Below the pieces are notes generated by a model, which saw only the letters and a list, made by a program, of their open reading frames with translations, was not told where the DNA came from and ran no database searches. Positions 1 through 12,262 of a stretch of DNA of 64,000 nucleotides are shown one piece after another. The number at the start of each line of letters is the position of its first letter. Positions within the stretch are counted from its first letter, which is position 1. Source of the stretch: Vicugna vicugna (taxonomy: Eukaryota); contig MU058221.1 in the NCBI GenBank assembly GCA_013265495.1, positions 372,001 to 436,000 of the forward strand, in the 5' to 3' direction. Position numbers and translations under genes: made by a program.

Positions 1-365
1 GGATGAACAGATGGAGCACAGGGATTTTTAAGGCAATGGAATTATTCTGTATGATCCTATAGTGGTGGCTACGTCATTATGCATTTGTCAAATCCCATAG
101 AACGTACAACATCAAGAGCGAAACTTAATGTAAACTACGGACTTTGGTTGATAATAATGTGCCCGTGTTGGTTCATCGATGGTACCAAATAGGCCACACC
201 GATGAGGGATGCTGGGGGGAGGGTAGGGGAGTATGTATGTGTGGGTGGGGAGGGCTATGTGTGAACTCTGCATTTTCTGCTCAATTCGGTTGTGAACCTG
301 AAACTGCTCTAAAAGAATAAAGTCTACTAAAATAAATAATACATAATAAACAAATAAATAAATAC
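1..365 (+). mobile_element. Ancient LINE-1 3' end (L1MC-like) with A-rich tail
   Basis: Matches recalled L1MC 3' UTR motifs (cttaatgtaaactacggactttgg; gtgaacctgaaactgctctaaaagaataaagtcta), followed by a (TAAA)n-like tail. Confidence 0.85.
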
Positions 366-1080
366 ACAAAGGCTGGCGTTTCTTTCTTCCAAGTCTAGCC
401 ACCCATGTTTTCCCTTTCAGCCTTCTTATCCAGATCACCAGCCCCAATCCTTAGTTCAATGAAGCACTGCCATGTTCTTCTCTCTAAATCAGGGTTTAGC
501 TTTTTTTTAAAATCATATACCATTTTCATTTCCATACTTATGTGTGCATTTACCCTCAAGTTTCACTACTTTCCTCTCAAATTTCTTTAAGGACAAAGAG
601 AGAGTCAATTTAGAGAAAAGTAAAATGGCAAGTAGTAGTAGGAAGAAAAGGGAAATGTTTGAATGTCTAATTAGAAGTTTATAAAGCCAATAAAATGAAA
701 GAAAAACAAAGGGACCAAAAAAACCTGGATGTTTAAGTCACAGATAGGGTCTCAAAGAGGATCTCACATGTCGAATTTTGCAGGTAACAGCTGCCAGGAT
801 CATAACTGAGTGGTATCAAAAGGAGAGAAGTTATTTTCTCTTCTTCTTTTTTTTAAAAAAAAAGATCATGAAACAACAGTAGAGAAGCTTCAGGCAGAGG
901 CCCAGAGTGTGCTTTCTCCTTTCTTGTGTCCCTGAGCTGGAGGGCAAAGGAAGTGTCGGCTGGAGGAGTTAGTGCGGCCACACCAGCCACATTCACCCGG
1001 TAGAGATGCCAAGGAAAATCCGAGGTGAAGAAAACGCCTACAGACCTGCCCCTTATGGCCGAATCTTGGTCAGTTTTATC

Positions 1081-1340
1081 TTTTTTGCATACATGTATAT
1101 ATTTATTTATTGAAGTATAGTCAGTTTACAATGTTGTGTCAGTTTCCGGTGTACAGCACAAGGCTTCAGTCATCCATGAACATACATGTATTCATTTTCA
1201 TATTCTTTTCACCATAAGTTACCACAAGATACTGAATAGAGTTCCCTGTGCTGTACAGCATGGACTTATCTATTTTATATGTAGTAGTTACTATCTGCGA
1301 ATCTTGAACTCCCAATTTATCCCCCCCCGCCCGCTTCCAC
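1081..1340 (-). mobile_element. Young lineage-specific L1 3' end, 5'-truncated
   Basis: ttgaagtatagtcagtttacaatgttgtgtca... is the reverse complement of the L1 3' ends at 52062-52637 and 57932-58348 in this window. Confidence 0.85.
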
Positions 1341-3179
1341 AGTTAATTTTAAAGTGCAGTAACTGCCACATGTGAATCAGTCTGTTTTCTCTAGTCCAGG
1401 ATCTGGCCAAAGCCAGATTTCAATAAATGCTTTTTGAATATGGTGTTGATTTATAGATATTTCATTTGCGTGATAAGAAACACCTCACACTAAAGAGAGG
1501 ACCTGTAAGTGGTCACCACAGTGCGCGGAATCCTTACGACGGCTTCGTCACGTCAGGCAAAACTTGGAAGTTGGATGTCACGATGCTTCCCATTTTGATT
1601 TTTATTGAATCTTGATACACTTGTTTTCAAAATTCAAAATCAAACTAAATTTATTAATTATTTGATTACCTACTTTGTCATAGTCATAGTCATCATAGCA
1701 TAGTTTATATGCAACTTATTATAATATTTTCTACATTTGTCTTGTCTTTTAATTGGCCATAATATTTGAACTTAAGGAATGTCAAGGTTGAGTCCCTTAC
1801 CTAGATACAGAAACAGAACGACAAAGACAGCAGGAATCGTACACGATATGCCCTTCCATTCAGTCACGCGCAGTGTGTCACTTTTTGTCCAACTTACCAT
1901 GAGAGCCGTTGAGTGTATATGACAGGACATATATCTGACTGCTGAAATGATGGACGTCTTTGAATGTGTGGACCTGGCTTAATGAGAGAATATTATGAAT
2001 GTGCAGCGTTGAGGGCAGGTTCCAAACAGTGAAAATGAATTTCTACCTGATGCTGCACGAAGGTTCTGGGATATTTGCCCTGTTAGGGCAGCTGACAGTT
2101 TGCATGTGTTTTAACTCTGGCAATCAGTCAGCCTTCTCTTGATGGGTAACTTTTTTCACTTCAATTGTCACACACGTCTTTAATATCCTTTTTCACCATT
2201 AGCTAGACTGACAACGTTGTTTCAGACAAGAAAGAAGGGAAGGATTTGCTTTTTTCCTAGAAAAACACAACAGTTCAGCTAAATTATATAAGTAAAAAAC
2301 TAACAAATCTTTGGAGTAGACACTTAAGATTCAAATAAATGATACTGTCCAATGTCACATTCATGCATCGATCAGTATAAAACTAATAACGTATTTTGTT
2401 GACGTACACAAAGTCAGTCAAGTTATTTTAGCTTGTGGAACAAAGAGCCATGAATGCATTTTGAAGGTTGGAACTTTTAGAAATTACTTGATGTGGATAT
2501 ATTTTCTTTCTTTAAATTTTAAATGCATTTTAAGCTAAAGCATATGACTTATTTTTCTAATTAAATTATATTAAAGTAAAAAAGTCTATTAAAATAATAT
2601 GTCATAAGAAAGGCTATAAACAAGATGAGAATTGATATAATGAAGAAAATACAATTACTAATCATTTTATCACAAAATAACAACTTTGATAGGTATTTCA
2701 GACACGCACACACAGTCATTATTCTTTATCACTCTGATGGACGGTTAATATTCATTCTACCAATTCTCTTAGTGTACATTTGAGTTTGGGTAATATTTAA
2801 CTTTCATAAGTTACATTTTAACATATAACGTTGAGATTACATGCATGAAGACACCTTCATTACTTCTTTATGATGAACAATGGAAAAAAGGAATTGCTGA
2901 GATGAATGGTCTACTCTTAGACCTTTTACTTCTGATGTTTAATTTTTCAGAATTTGAACTTCTAGTAGTAGAATGTAAGAATTTTTATTGTTTCTTTGAC
3001 AACTTAATACATTAAGGAAAAACAAAATTACTCTTGCTGTTTTCATTAGACTTGATTCCTGGTGGATAAGACGTGAAGATTGGGCATTTTTATATCTTGT
3101 GTGTATTTCTAGGTGAATGTGTGTATGAAATGGTTGTTGTCAAACTCTTGATCATTTCCTCATATTTTTCTGTATAAGT

Positions 3180-3560
3180 TAATTTTTAAACATTTTGTGT
3201 TGAGATAATTATAGATTCCTTAGAAAATGCAAAAATAATGCAGAGTTCTAATGTAAACTTTACCTTGTTTTCCCAATATTTGCCTCTTGCTTCACTATAA
3301 CACAATATCAAAACTAGGATATTGACATTAGCACAATATGTATTTAAAATTATATGCCATTTTTGTCATTTTGTGTAACTAACATTACAATCAAGGTGCA
3401 GAACCATTTCATCACCGCAAGGGTTTCTCTTGTGCTGTGCGTTTATAATCACACCCACCTCTCTCTTTCCAACATGCCTGACCCCAGATCTGTTCTCTAT
3501 CTCTATGATTTTGCCATTTTAGTAATGTTACATAAATAGAATCACTAGTTTATCTTTTTA
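3180..3560 (-). mobile_element. Old L1 3' end (L1MD-like)
   Basis: gagataattatagattc...acaatatcaaaactaggatattgacattagcacaat resembles the recalled L1MD 3' UTR in antisense. Confidence 0.6.
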
Positions 3561-3599
3561 GGACTTTATTTATTAAAAATATTGCATAATTGTAATTGT

Positions 3600-4390
3600 T
3601 TCTTTACGTTGCAAATTTTTCTAAAGGACCGTTTTACTTTGAGACATTCCTTTTAGAGTTTTATATCTTATTTATTAAATATATCATTTTTATGGTTCCT
3701 ACTTTAGCATTTTCCTAATATCCATTTACTCTATATCATTCTTGTGGACTTAATGCATATGTTTTTATATTTGTTAAATTATTTAAAATTTCACAGTTAA
3801 ATATTTCTACTTTGATTTTATTTTGATCCATGTTATAAACTAGAAACTCTGTTGTTAAAGCAATTTTCTCAATATAAGTAGTTGAATTATGGATATATGT
3901 ACTTTTTTTTGAAATTTGAAGGAAATATATACATTTCTCCATTTTGAAGAAACTAACTTTATATGTATGCACACACATACTTATACCTATATACTTATAA
4001 TATTCTTTTGGGTCTGTTTCTGGAATTTTTTAGTTTTATGTGGACCATTTTTCTCTTCCAGCAAGTGTATCCTTCTCTTAACTATTGTGGCTTAATTATG
4101 TTTTTAATTCTGAAGATGTAATTTTACCTTCATAATGTGGCTCTTCGCATATATTTTTGAAGCCTTGATGATATCAAAAAGTAGAAACATCCCATTAGGG
4201 TCGTAATTGCATTAATGTTAAATTTAGAACTTAATTTGGAAAGAATTAACATCAACACAGGATGAATTCCACTCGCTTAGTAACGTCCAGGCCTTCTGCT
4301 TTTATTCAGTCTCCTGTCCTGCAAGCTACGTGCGGCCCAGTGCTCCTATGAGGCTCGTACATTCCTAGGTATTTTATACACAGCACCCAT
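3600..4390 (-). mobile_element. Highly degraded ancient L1 ORF2 fragments
   Basis: T-rich, with residual antisense L1 motifs (gggtctgtttctgga; taatttggaaagaattaacatc; attcctaggtattttata). Confidence 0.55.
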
Positions 4391-5279
4391 CCACCTCACC
4401 GTAAAGGCTTCTGCCGGGTAGCACCCCTTAAAGGCGCCCTAATCACTGGCGCCAAGTCAACCCCGACATGAGGGAGCACTTGCCAGCCATCTGGGTGGGA
4501 AGTGGGCAGCCTTGCCCAGCTAGGGCGTTCACAGAGGAACTCGGCACGGTCACCTGCTGCCTTTGCAGAGTCCCCGTCTCTCGGGGGATCTTAGCAGCGA
4601 CAAGCTGGGAGAAACAGCGGCCTGGCTGGGGATCTGGCTCTCACAGCGCAGGACTGCTGTCCCCTCCATCTCTTGCCGCTGTCTAGCAATTAGGTCGTGC
4701 TCCCCTAGGGGGCCCTCCATCCAGACTCTCCACAGCAGCTATTTGGAACCTCCAGCTGTGTTCTCAAACCTCAGATCCCACCACCTCCCCTCTCATTCTC
4801 TGCAAATGACCGGTGACCCACTCCACAGGGGAAGAGAAGCTGTCTTGACACTCTCAGCTCCGGTGACTTCCCGCCGTGCGCCTGTCCCCCCCCAGTTCGC
4901 CGGAATCTGCCCCACCCGCTTTCTCTAACTACTATCGCAAAAGCGCCACCTCTCCTTTTCATAGCCTGTTTCTCAAACTGCGCTCTTGTTTTCCTCAAGA
5001 CCTCGCCGTATTGATTCCCCTTCTTGTGTTTCTTCAGTACGGGCCTATCTACTGTCCTCTTTCCCTCAAACTTAGAACATTTCAAGCTTCCCCCATCTTT
5101 AAAAAAAAATCCAATTTTCACATCATCTCAAATTACAGTTCTCTGTGGTAATATGACATTTGTGACTGTTCATCCTCCAGAGCGTTTTCTGACTAGCCTT
5201 GGCAGAAGGCTGTCTGCTGTGTTGATCTTTTTAAATAACCAGTGCCCAGACTTCTTCATAAAGCCTTAAATGTTTTACA

Positions 5280-6200
5280 TTTTCCAATCTGTCCATTTTG
5301 TTCTTCCCCTTCCTCCTGTTTTTAAATGTCTTATCCCCCTGTATTTTTACCTCTAGTCTTTAGAAGCAGAGATCCTGTTTTTTTTTTATTTCTCACTCAT
5401 TTAATTAAATGTGGGATTCATGAGCTGCTGCTTCTTGTTTTATAATGAAAAAATTTGTTGCTACTGTTTTTCATCTGATTTTACCTTTAGTTGCATTTCG
5501 TATGCTTTGAAATATAGTCTTGTCATTTTCATTTTTTTCTTTAAAGCCTGTAATTGCAGCTTTGATTTTTTTTTTTGACCCAAAAGCTATTAAGGATACT
5601 GCTTTTAGATTCCAAGTAGTTTGATTATTTTGGTTTATTCCATTATTACTTTCTGGAATCATCTAGTGGAAGTCAGATTACATGACCTTCATAAGAGAGT
5701 CTTTGTTACTTCGATTTTTAAAGACATTTGCAGACATTTATAAACAGTATATTCTCTGTAGGGTACAACATTTAATATGAAACTATTAAAGCAATATTAT
5801 TATTAAGATAATATTCTATCCCTTATTTTTTATATTTACTTTTTCTCTTTTTCATTTGTCAAGTCTGATTTTCCACTAAAATTAGGGTTTGGACAATGTT
5901 TTCATGCATTTGGATGCTATGGATTTAATTGTATAAATGCTTATGACAAAACGCTTTTACCCTGGAGTGAAATTTTAATCAAAATAATATAATCCTCTTT
6001 ATCTAATTTTTCCACCTGGATTACTAACTTGCTTATTAATATTGATATTGCTAATATGGCTTGCCTGATATGGTTTTGCTAACCTGTTTATGGTTATTTT
6101 TCAATGGATGATCTCATAATCACCATACAGATGCATTTTGTATTTTGACCCTTTTTTGAGAATTATATTTTAATAAAATTTACTTACACATGTATTTATT
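5280..6200 (-). mobile_element. Highly degraded ancient L1 fragments
   Basis: Residual antisense L1 motifs (tttagattccaagtagtttga; aaacagtatattctctgtagggtacaa). Confidence 0.45.
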
Positions 6201-7459
6201 AAATAACCCTTTCAGAATGTTGCAAAATTCAAAAGGTGTGCATCGGCATAGGTGGAGAAAGTCAATCTGTATTCCTCCCCTGCCTCCCAAGTATCAATTC
6301 ACTGTTCTCAGTGGTCATGCCATTAACTCTTAACCATGTGTGTGTTATATTTAAGATACTTCACACATTTACATACGTTTGTGCATGTGCTTCTTTTTGT
6401 CAAATTGTAGCATATTGGTCACACGTTTTTTTTTTCACCTGATAGATTTTACTTAGCTGTAAGACTATGCATAATGCCTGTCTGTTCATAAACAACTACC
6501 CTGTTCTCTTCAGTGATTATAAAATATGCATTGGTTTCCTGTGTCATTTCTGCCAATCTTCTTTTATTTCCTTCACATGTCTAGCTTCCATTGAGATTCT
6601 TTTTTTTTTTGGTGTAGATGAATTTTGATATGATTAATAAATCTGAAAGTAACAATTAAAACTAGTCTAAGACTAATGCATGCACAGGAATAATCCAAAT
6701 GCATTTCAAAATTGACACTCTGTCACTCTGAGCTACATAGTTGTGTAATCAAATCACTCTTCGACTATAAACATTGACTGTATTGACTTATTGATGGAAA
6801 GGCATAGAAAGTTCTCATAGTAACACTTGTTTCTTCAGGCAGTTCTGCCGCACAGGTGTAACCCTAGCACCATTAGGTCAAGATGCGTGAGAGGTGAATT
6901 CTAACACCGCTTGCTTATGAACTCGTGTATCTTCACCCTTAAACACCCTCCCTGCTAGCGCTGCTGCTGCAGAATATTACTATCTATGTAAAATAATTAT
7001 CATTTATTTTATTTTGGTTAATTCCCCTACAAAAGAAACAAAAATGTGTCTACAGATACTGCATTTTCAAGTATATTTTTACAGAAGCAAACATCTATTG
7101 TATTTAGGTTCCAAGAGACCTGAATGCTGGACATACAGTTTTGCAAATCTGAGGTTAGAAAAATTTTGTGCAGGTTAGCATCTGGCTCCATCCTTTTCAA
7201 AATGTATTTCTCCACTATCCACACATTTCTAAGGCCAAGTAAGGAATGTGCACCTTGTGATTTAACCTCTGGCCATTTATCTTCAACTGTGAGCGAGTCA
7301 GCAGACCAGGAGGCCGCTATATTCCTGGAAGCCATTCCTTCCCTGGGGCAAAGTGCTGTAATTTAATTGCAGGCAGAGGTTCCTGTGAAACACACAAATA
7401 TATCCCTCTAACTCAGCCTACATGTATTCTCTGCAAAATTTCCTTTTGCCTGCGTGTTT

Positions 7460-7893
7460 TAAGTCTTTTTGGTACATTGACCTCTCTGGCAATCGAGCCT
7501 GTGGACTTTTCAGAATAATAAGTACATCAAGAATATACTAATATTACAAAATAAATCAGTTATATTGAAATACATATATAAAGAATGAAGCATACTATAT
7601 TAATATACATGTGTCTTTATTTTCACATTAAATAAAAGGCTCTAATTTCTGTGGTCTCAGGTAGTGATAAATAATATGCTGAGGTAGCTAACCGCATAAC
7701 GCTACACAGACATAAAATACACGGAAAGTCAGTTAGGGGCTCTGGTCTCAGGTGAGTGATTATTTACACAGGTTTAATGCTGCTGTTCATAAGTGAAGGA
7801 AATGCTATCACTGAACATAAAGGTGTGCTTTTTTCACCCAAATTCACACATAAATTCTGACTTCTATCTATTGATCTGTATGTTAAGACCTCA
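7460..7893. mobile_element. hAT-Charlie DNA transposon fossil (MER119-like)
   Basis: ctctggcaatc...cctgtggacttttcagaataat...atcagttatattgaaatac and the terminal gttaagacctc resemble the recalled consensus; family name uncertain. Confidence 0.45.
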
Positions 7894-7899
7894 CACAGA

Positions 7900-8132
7900 T
7901 CCAACTGTTCATGACCATCCCAATGTCACTAGGAGGAGAGGAAGGGTAATGAACAGAAAGTCATAATGGGACAATATAGCAATTTTACCAATTGCAGTTA
8001 AACTTTACTTTTGTAGATTCCACAAAAATTCAGTGACTATATGGGCACATTGTTAGATTCTCTAGAAAAGGTCCATAAAAACGTGAAACCCTGAAGCTTA
8101 AGGTCCATTTAGCTTTTTGGTAAATTCATCTT
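7900..8132. mobile_element. hAT DNA transposon fossil (Arthur1/MER69-like)
   Basis: ccctgaagcttaaggtccatttagctttttggtaaattc resembles the reverse complement of the recalled terminus; family name uncertain. Confidence 0.45.
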
Positions 8133-8467
8133 TATTTAGATTCAAGGCAAATCCACTTGTGCATAATATGTGTATTTGATTTCTATTTCTCTATATGTCT
8201 CACCTTTTAACTCTGCATTTTCATATTTCATGGTGTGAAAACAGCTCTAATTAATCAAAACGTTTCATTTCTTGAACATAATGGCATTTTCTGTTTGATC
8301 GTTTTCCACTAAGGGATATGTACACCTACCCTATAGGGAACTGAACTGAACCAAAAGACATGCAAGTTAAATTTTGGACCTTTTAGTTCAGAATAAGGAA
8401 CACGAGAATGGTGCAGAATCATTACAATTTTCTTCCACCAATCAGAAAAATAGCTATGTGCCCAGTC

Positions 8468-11126
8468 TCTTTTTTTAATTGAAGTATAGTTGGTTTACAA
8501 TACCGTATGAATTACAGATGCACAACACAGTGATTCAGTATTTTAATAGACTACACTCCATTTAAAGTTATTATGAAAACATTGGCTATCGTCCCTGTGC
8601 TGCACAACGCATCTCTGCAGCTTACGTGTCTCATACAGAGTGGCTGGTACCTCAGTCTCCTGCCTCTGTCTTGCCCCTCCCTCTGCCCTCTCCCCACTGG
8701 CAATCACGTTTGTTCTCTGCATCTCTCTCTTGTTATATTCATTTATTTGTTTGATTTTTAAGATTCACGCGGAGGTAACAACATGCGGTTTTTGTCTTTC
8801 TCTGTCTGACTGACTTCACTAAGCACAATGCACTCTGGGTCCATTTAGGTTGTTACAACGGACGGAATTTCATTCTTCTCTAGTGGCTGAGCAATAGTTC
8901 ATTGCGTATGCTTACCGCGTCTTCTTAATCCATGCACCTGCTGATGAACACTTAGATTATTTCCATGTCTTGGCTGTTATAAATGATGCTGCCATGGACA
9001 CTGCGGTGCATGTATCTTTTTAATTCAGTGTTTTCATTTTCTTCAGATAAACACTTAGGAGTGGAAGGAATTGTTCAATCATATAGTACTTCTATTTTTA
9101 GTTTTCTGAGAAACTTCCATGATGTTTTCCACAGTGGCTGCACCAATTTACATTCCCACCAACAGTGCACACAGATTCCCTTTTCCCTTCATCCTTGTCA
9201 ACATTTGTTATTGTTTCTTTTTTTTGGGTAATAGTTATACTGACAGGTGTGAGGTGGCTTTCATTTGCATTTCTCTGATATTAGTGATGCTGAGCATCTT
9301 TTCATGGGCCTGTTGGCCCTCAGTGTATCTTCCATGAAGAAAGGTCTATTTAGGTCTCTTGCCAACCTTTCAACTGGGTGGTTTGTTTCAGTTTATTTGT
9401 TTTTGATATTGAGTTGTATGAGCTATTTATATTTTGGGTGTTAACCCCTTATTAGTCATAACGTTCACAAACATTTTATCCCATTCTGTAGTCTTTTTGT
9501 TTTATTGACGGCTTCCTTTGGTGTGGAAATGTTTTAAGTTACATTAGATCCCATTAGTTTATTTTTGCTTTTATTTCTTTTGCATGAGGAGACGGATCCA
9601 AAAAATGCTGCTATGATTATGTCAGAGTGTTCTGCCTATATTTTCTTCTAGAAAAGTTACGGTTTTCAGTCTTCCATTTTGATTTTGTTTCCGTTTATGG
9701 TATAAGAAAATGCTTTCGTTTCATTCTTGTGCAGGTAGCTGTTCATTTTTCCGAGCACTACTTACTGAAGAGACTGTCTCTTCTCCGTTCTGTGTTCTTG
9801 CCTCCTTCGTTGTAGATTGGTTGATGCAAGGGCATGGGTTTATTTAGGGCTCTCTTTCTATTCCACTGGTCTCTGTGTCTGTGTTTGTTTGGGTTTTGTC
9901 TCTTTTCTTTTTCTCGCTGTATTGATTACTGTAGCTTGCAGTGCAGAGTGAAGCCAGAGTTTACGATTCCTCTAGTTCTGGTCTTTTTCTCAAGTTTACT
10001 TCAGCTGTTTGTGGTCTTCTTTGGCTTCATACACAATTTTGGATTATTTGTTCTAGTTCTGTGAAAAATTTGTAGGTTTTGTGTAGATTTCTTGGGGTAG
10101 TGCGAGCATTTTAACAACGTTAAGTCTTCTAATCCATGAGCAGGATATATTTTTAAGTTTATTTGCATCATCTTCAGTTTCCTTCATCAACGTTTTACGG
10201 TTTTCAGAGCACAGACCTTCCCCCATGCGGTTTGTGTGTCTTGACCTGTGACTGTATCTAGTGGTTTTAAACGGGTAGTCATTGACGTCCAAACACATTT
10301 TGAAAGATCTACAGTTTTTTTACTCCCCTTCCCACATTGTGTGTTTTTGACGTTATGTCTTGCATTTTCATGTTTATCTCTTTACTACTTACTGAAAATA
10401 GTTGATTTTGAAATTTTGTTTTGCTTACTATTTGTATTAGCTTTTTAAAGTGGTTGATTCACCACCTTTACTGTACATATTTGTCTTTTTTAGTGGGATT
10501 TTTTCTTCCTGTAGATCCTTATGTTTTGCTGTAACCATTTCTGTTTCACGTAGAGACACCCCTTCGTCCTGCTGTGGGGCTGCATTCCAGGGCGAGAGGG
10601 GCGCCCGCCAGTGCTTGGCTCAGGCTGGGGTGTGTGCCAGGGTCGTCTCAGGAAACCCGCCGGAGTCCTGAGGAGTCTAACTCTGCTTCCTCCACCTCGT
10701 CTGGGGAATAAGCAGGTGTACGGGTGCTCTTCACAGAGTCTAGGTTTCTCACAGCCCCCTGGAGTCCTACTGGCTTTCAGATCAGCTCAGGGGACTCACC
10801 CTCCCAGCGTGGGGCCTTAGGGCTGGGGCACTCAGTGTGCAGTTTGCACTTCTTACTCCTCAAGGAGGACCTCCAGGCCCGTGGATCCTCCTCCGCCTCT
10901 GGGCCCCTCCCCAGGTGCTGGTCCCAACCTGACTGGTTCTCCTCCCCCTCCACCCGGTCCCTGTGGCCTGTCTTACAGCCCTGACCATGAGTCTTTCAGC
11001 CGGTCTTCAGTTTGCTTTCGGTGGTAAGCGCCCCACATGCAGGTTTTTAACTTGTGTTGTATTTTTGACGTGTTTTTTGGGTCGTGAGCCCCATATTCTC
11101 CTCCGCTGCCACCTTGATCTCTCCCC
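8468..11126 (-). mobile_element. LINE-1 with both ends but two large internal deletions (3' UTR + ORF2 C-terminus / inter-ORF piece / 5' UTR)
   Basis: Poly-T and ttgaagtatag at about 8470. ORF2-like peptide in ORF 10053..10298(-) (ENRKTLMKETEDDANKLKNISCSWIRRLNVVKM). GC-rich 5' UTR at about 10570-11126 ending ctccgctgccaccttgatctctcccc. Degenerate TSD atgtgcccagtct / acgtgtgcagtct. Confidence 0.8.
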
Positions 11127-11408
11127 GACGTGTGCAGTCTTAGGGAGCTCCAGGTAGTTGTTGTGGCAAGGAGTGTACTCTTCCCTCTCAGTAAAAGCTT
11201 TCCTGTCTTTGCTAGGTCAGCCGGAGCTGGACAGGGCCAAACGTCCTTTATTAACTCACGCAACTGACAGCATAAGGGGTCTCCTGTGGTGAACGGAATT
11301 AGTGTTCACCCATAATCAGTGCCTCTCAGCGTAGTGCCCCTCCCAGGGGGCAGCTTACAGATCCTCATACTGCTGGAATTAAGTCCTGAAATGTGACTTG
11401 CTTTAGGC

Positions 11409-11628
11409 CAGTGGTTCTCAACCAGGAGCAATGTTGCCACCAAAGGGACATTTGTCAATATCTGGAGAACATATTTGGTTGTCACAGCTGAAGGAGGGGT
11501 TATTATTGGCTCTGAGTGTATAGCAGCCAGGAACGCTGGTAAAACGTTCTGTGATGCACAGGACAACTCTTCACAGCAACAGATTATGCAGCCCCAAATA
11601 TCAATAGTGCCAATGTTGAGAAACCCCG
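11409..11628 (+). mobile_element. MER20 (hAT-Charlie)
   Basis: Termini cagtggttctcaa...gttgagaaaccccg, 220 bp, 8-bp TSD ctttaggc (11401-11408) / ctttgggc (11629-11636). Confidence 0.9.
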
Positions 11629-11789
11629 CTTTGGGCAATACAGTGTGAAAATAGATGGCATTTCTCCCTCCAGGGAGACAACTTGAGAGTAATTTCATTA
11701 ATTATTATGTCCTCTGATAATATTGCAGAGAGAAGTTGCTCCATCAACCTGGTTCCTGGAGTAAAAACAACATGGAACCATCACCAACT

Positions 11790-12262
11790 GTGAAGTGTCT
11801 GAGATTTTACTCTACTTGCAAGAAAACAGTTTCAGCCTTTCACTGTGTTAAAATGGGAGGCATGAGACTCTTGGGTCAGAGGGAAAAATTATTACGCACA
11901 GCACAGGCACGCAGCATGAGCACCACGCATCTTGTCAGGCTGCCTTGTCCCCAGTCCCCAGGGGAGTGACATGGAGGACGTCAGGTTGACGAGCACATGT
12001 ATGGAAGTCTTGAGTTAGAAAACTCAAATCTTTTAATGTGGATTGAAACAAACCTACACAATATCTGCCCTGGAGGGAAAAAATTAACTCTTATTATACT
12101 GCACATTAAACAAGCACCCAGTTTACTTCAGAGGGAGACACTCTGTCTTCTGAGGCTGTTCAATGTGTAAAGTTCTCTGAAAAGACAGTCTGGGATGCTG
12201 TCCAGCAAAGCCTCTGCTTATAAAATATTCATGTGAGAGAAACACGGAGGGATGTCTTCCAA
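11790..12262 (-). mobile_element. Old ERV solo LTR (MER110-like)
   Basis: tgtgaagtgtctgagattttactctacttgcaag...gagactcttgggtcagag resembles a recalled ERV LTR consensus; family name uncertain. Confidence 0.55.

Noticed and set aside
10570..11126. GC-rich block as another conversion peak or promoter
   Set aside because: Explained by an L1 5' UTR, which is intrinsically GC-rich.
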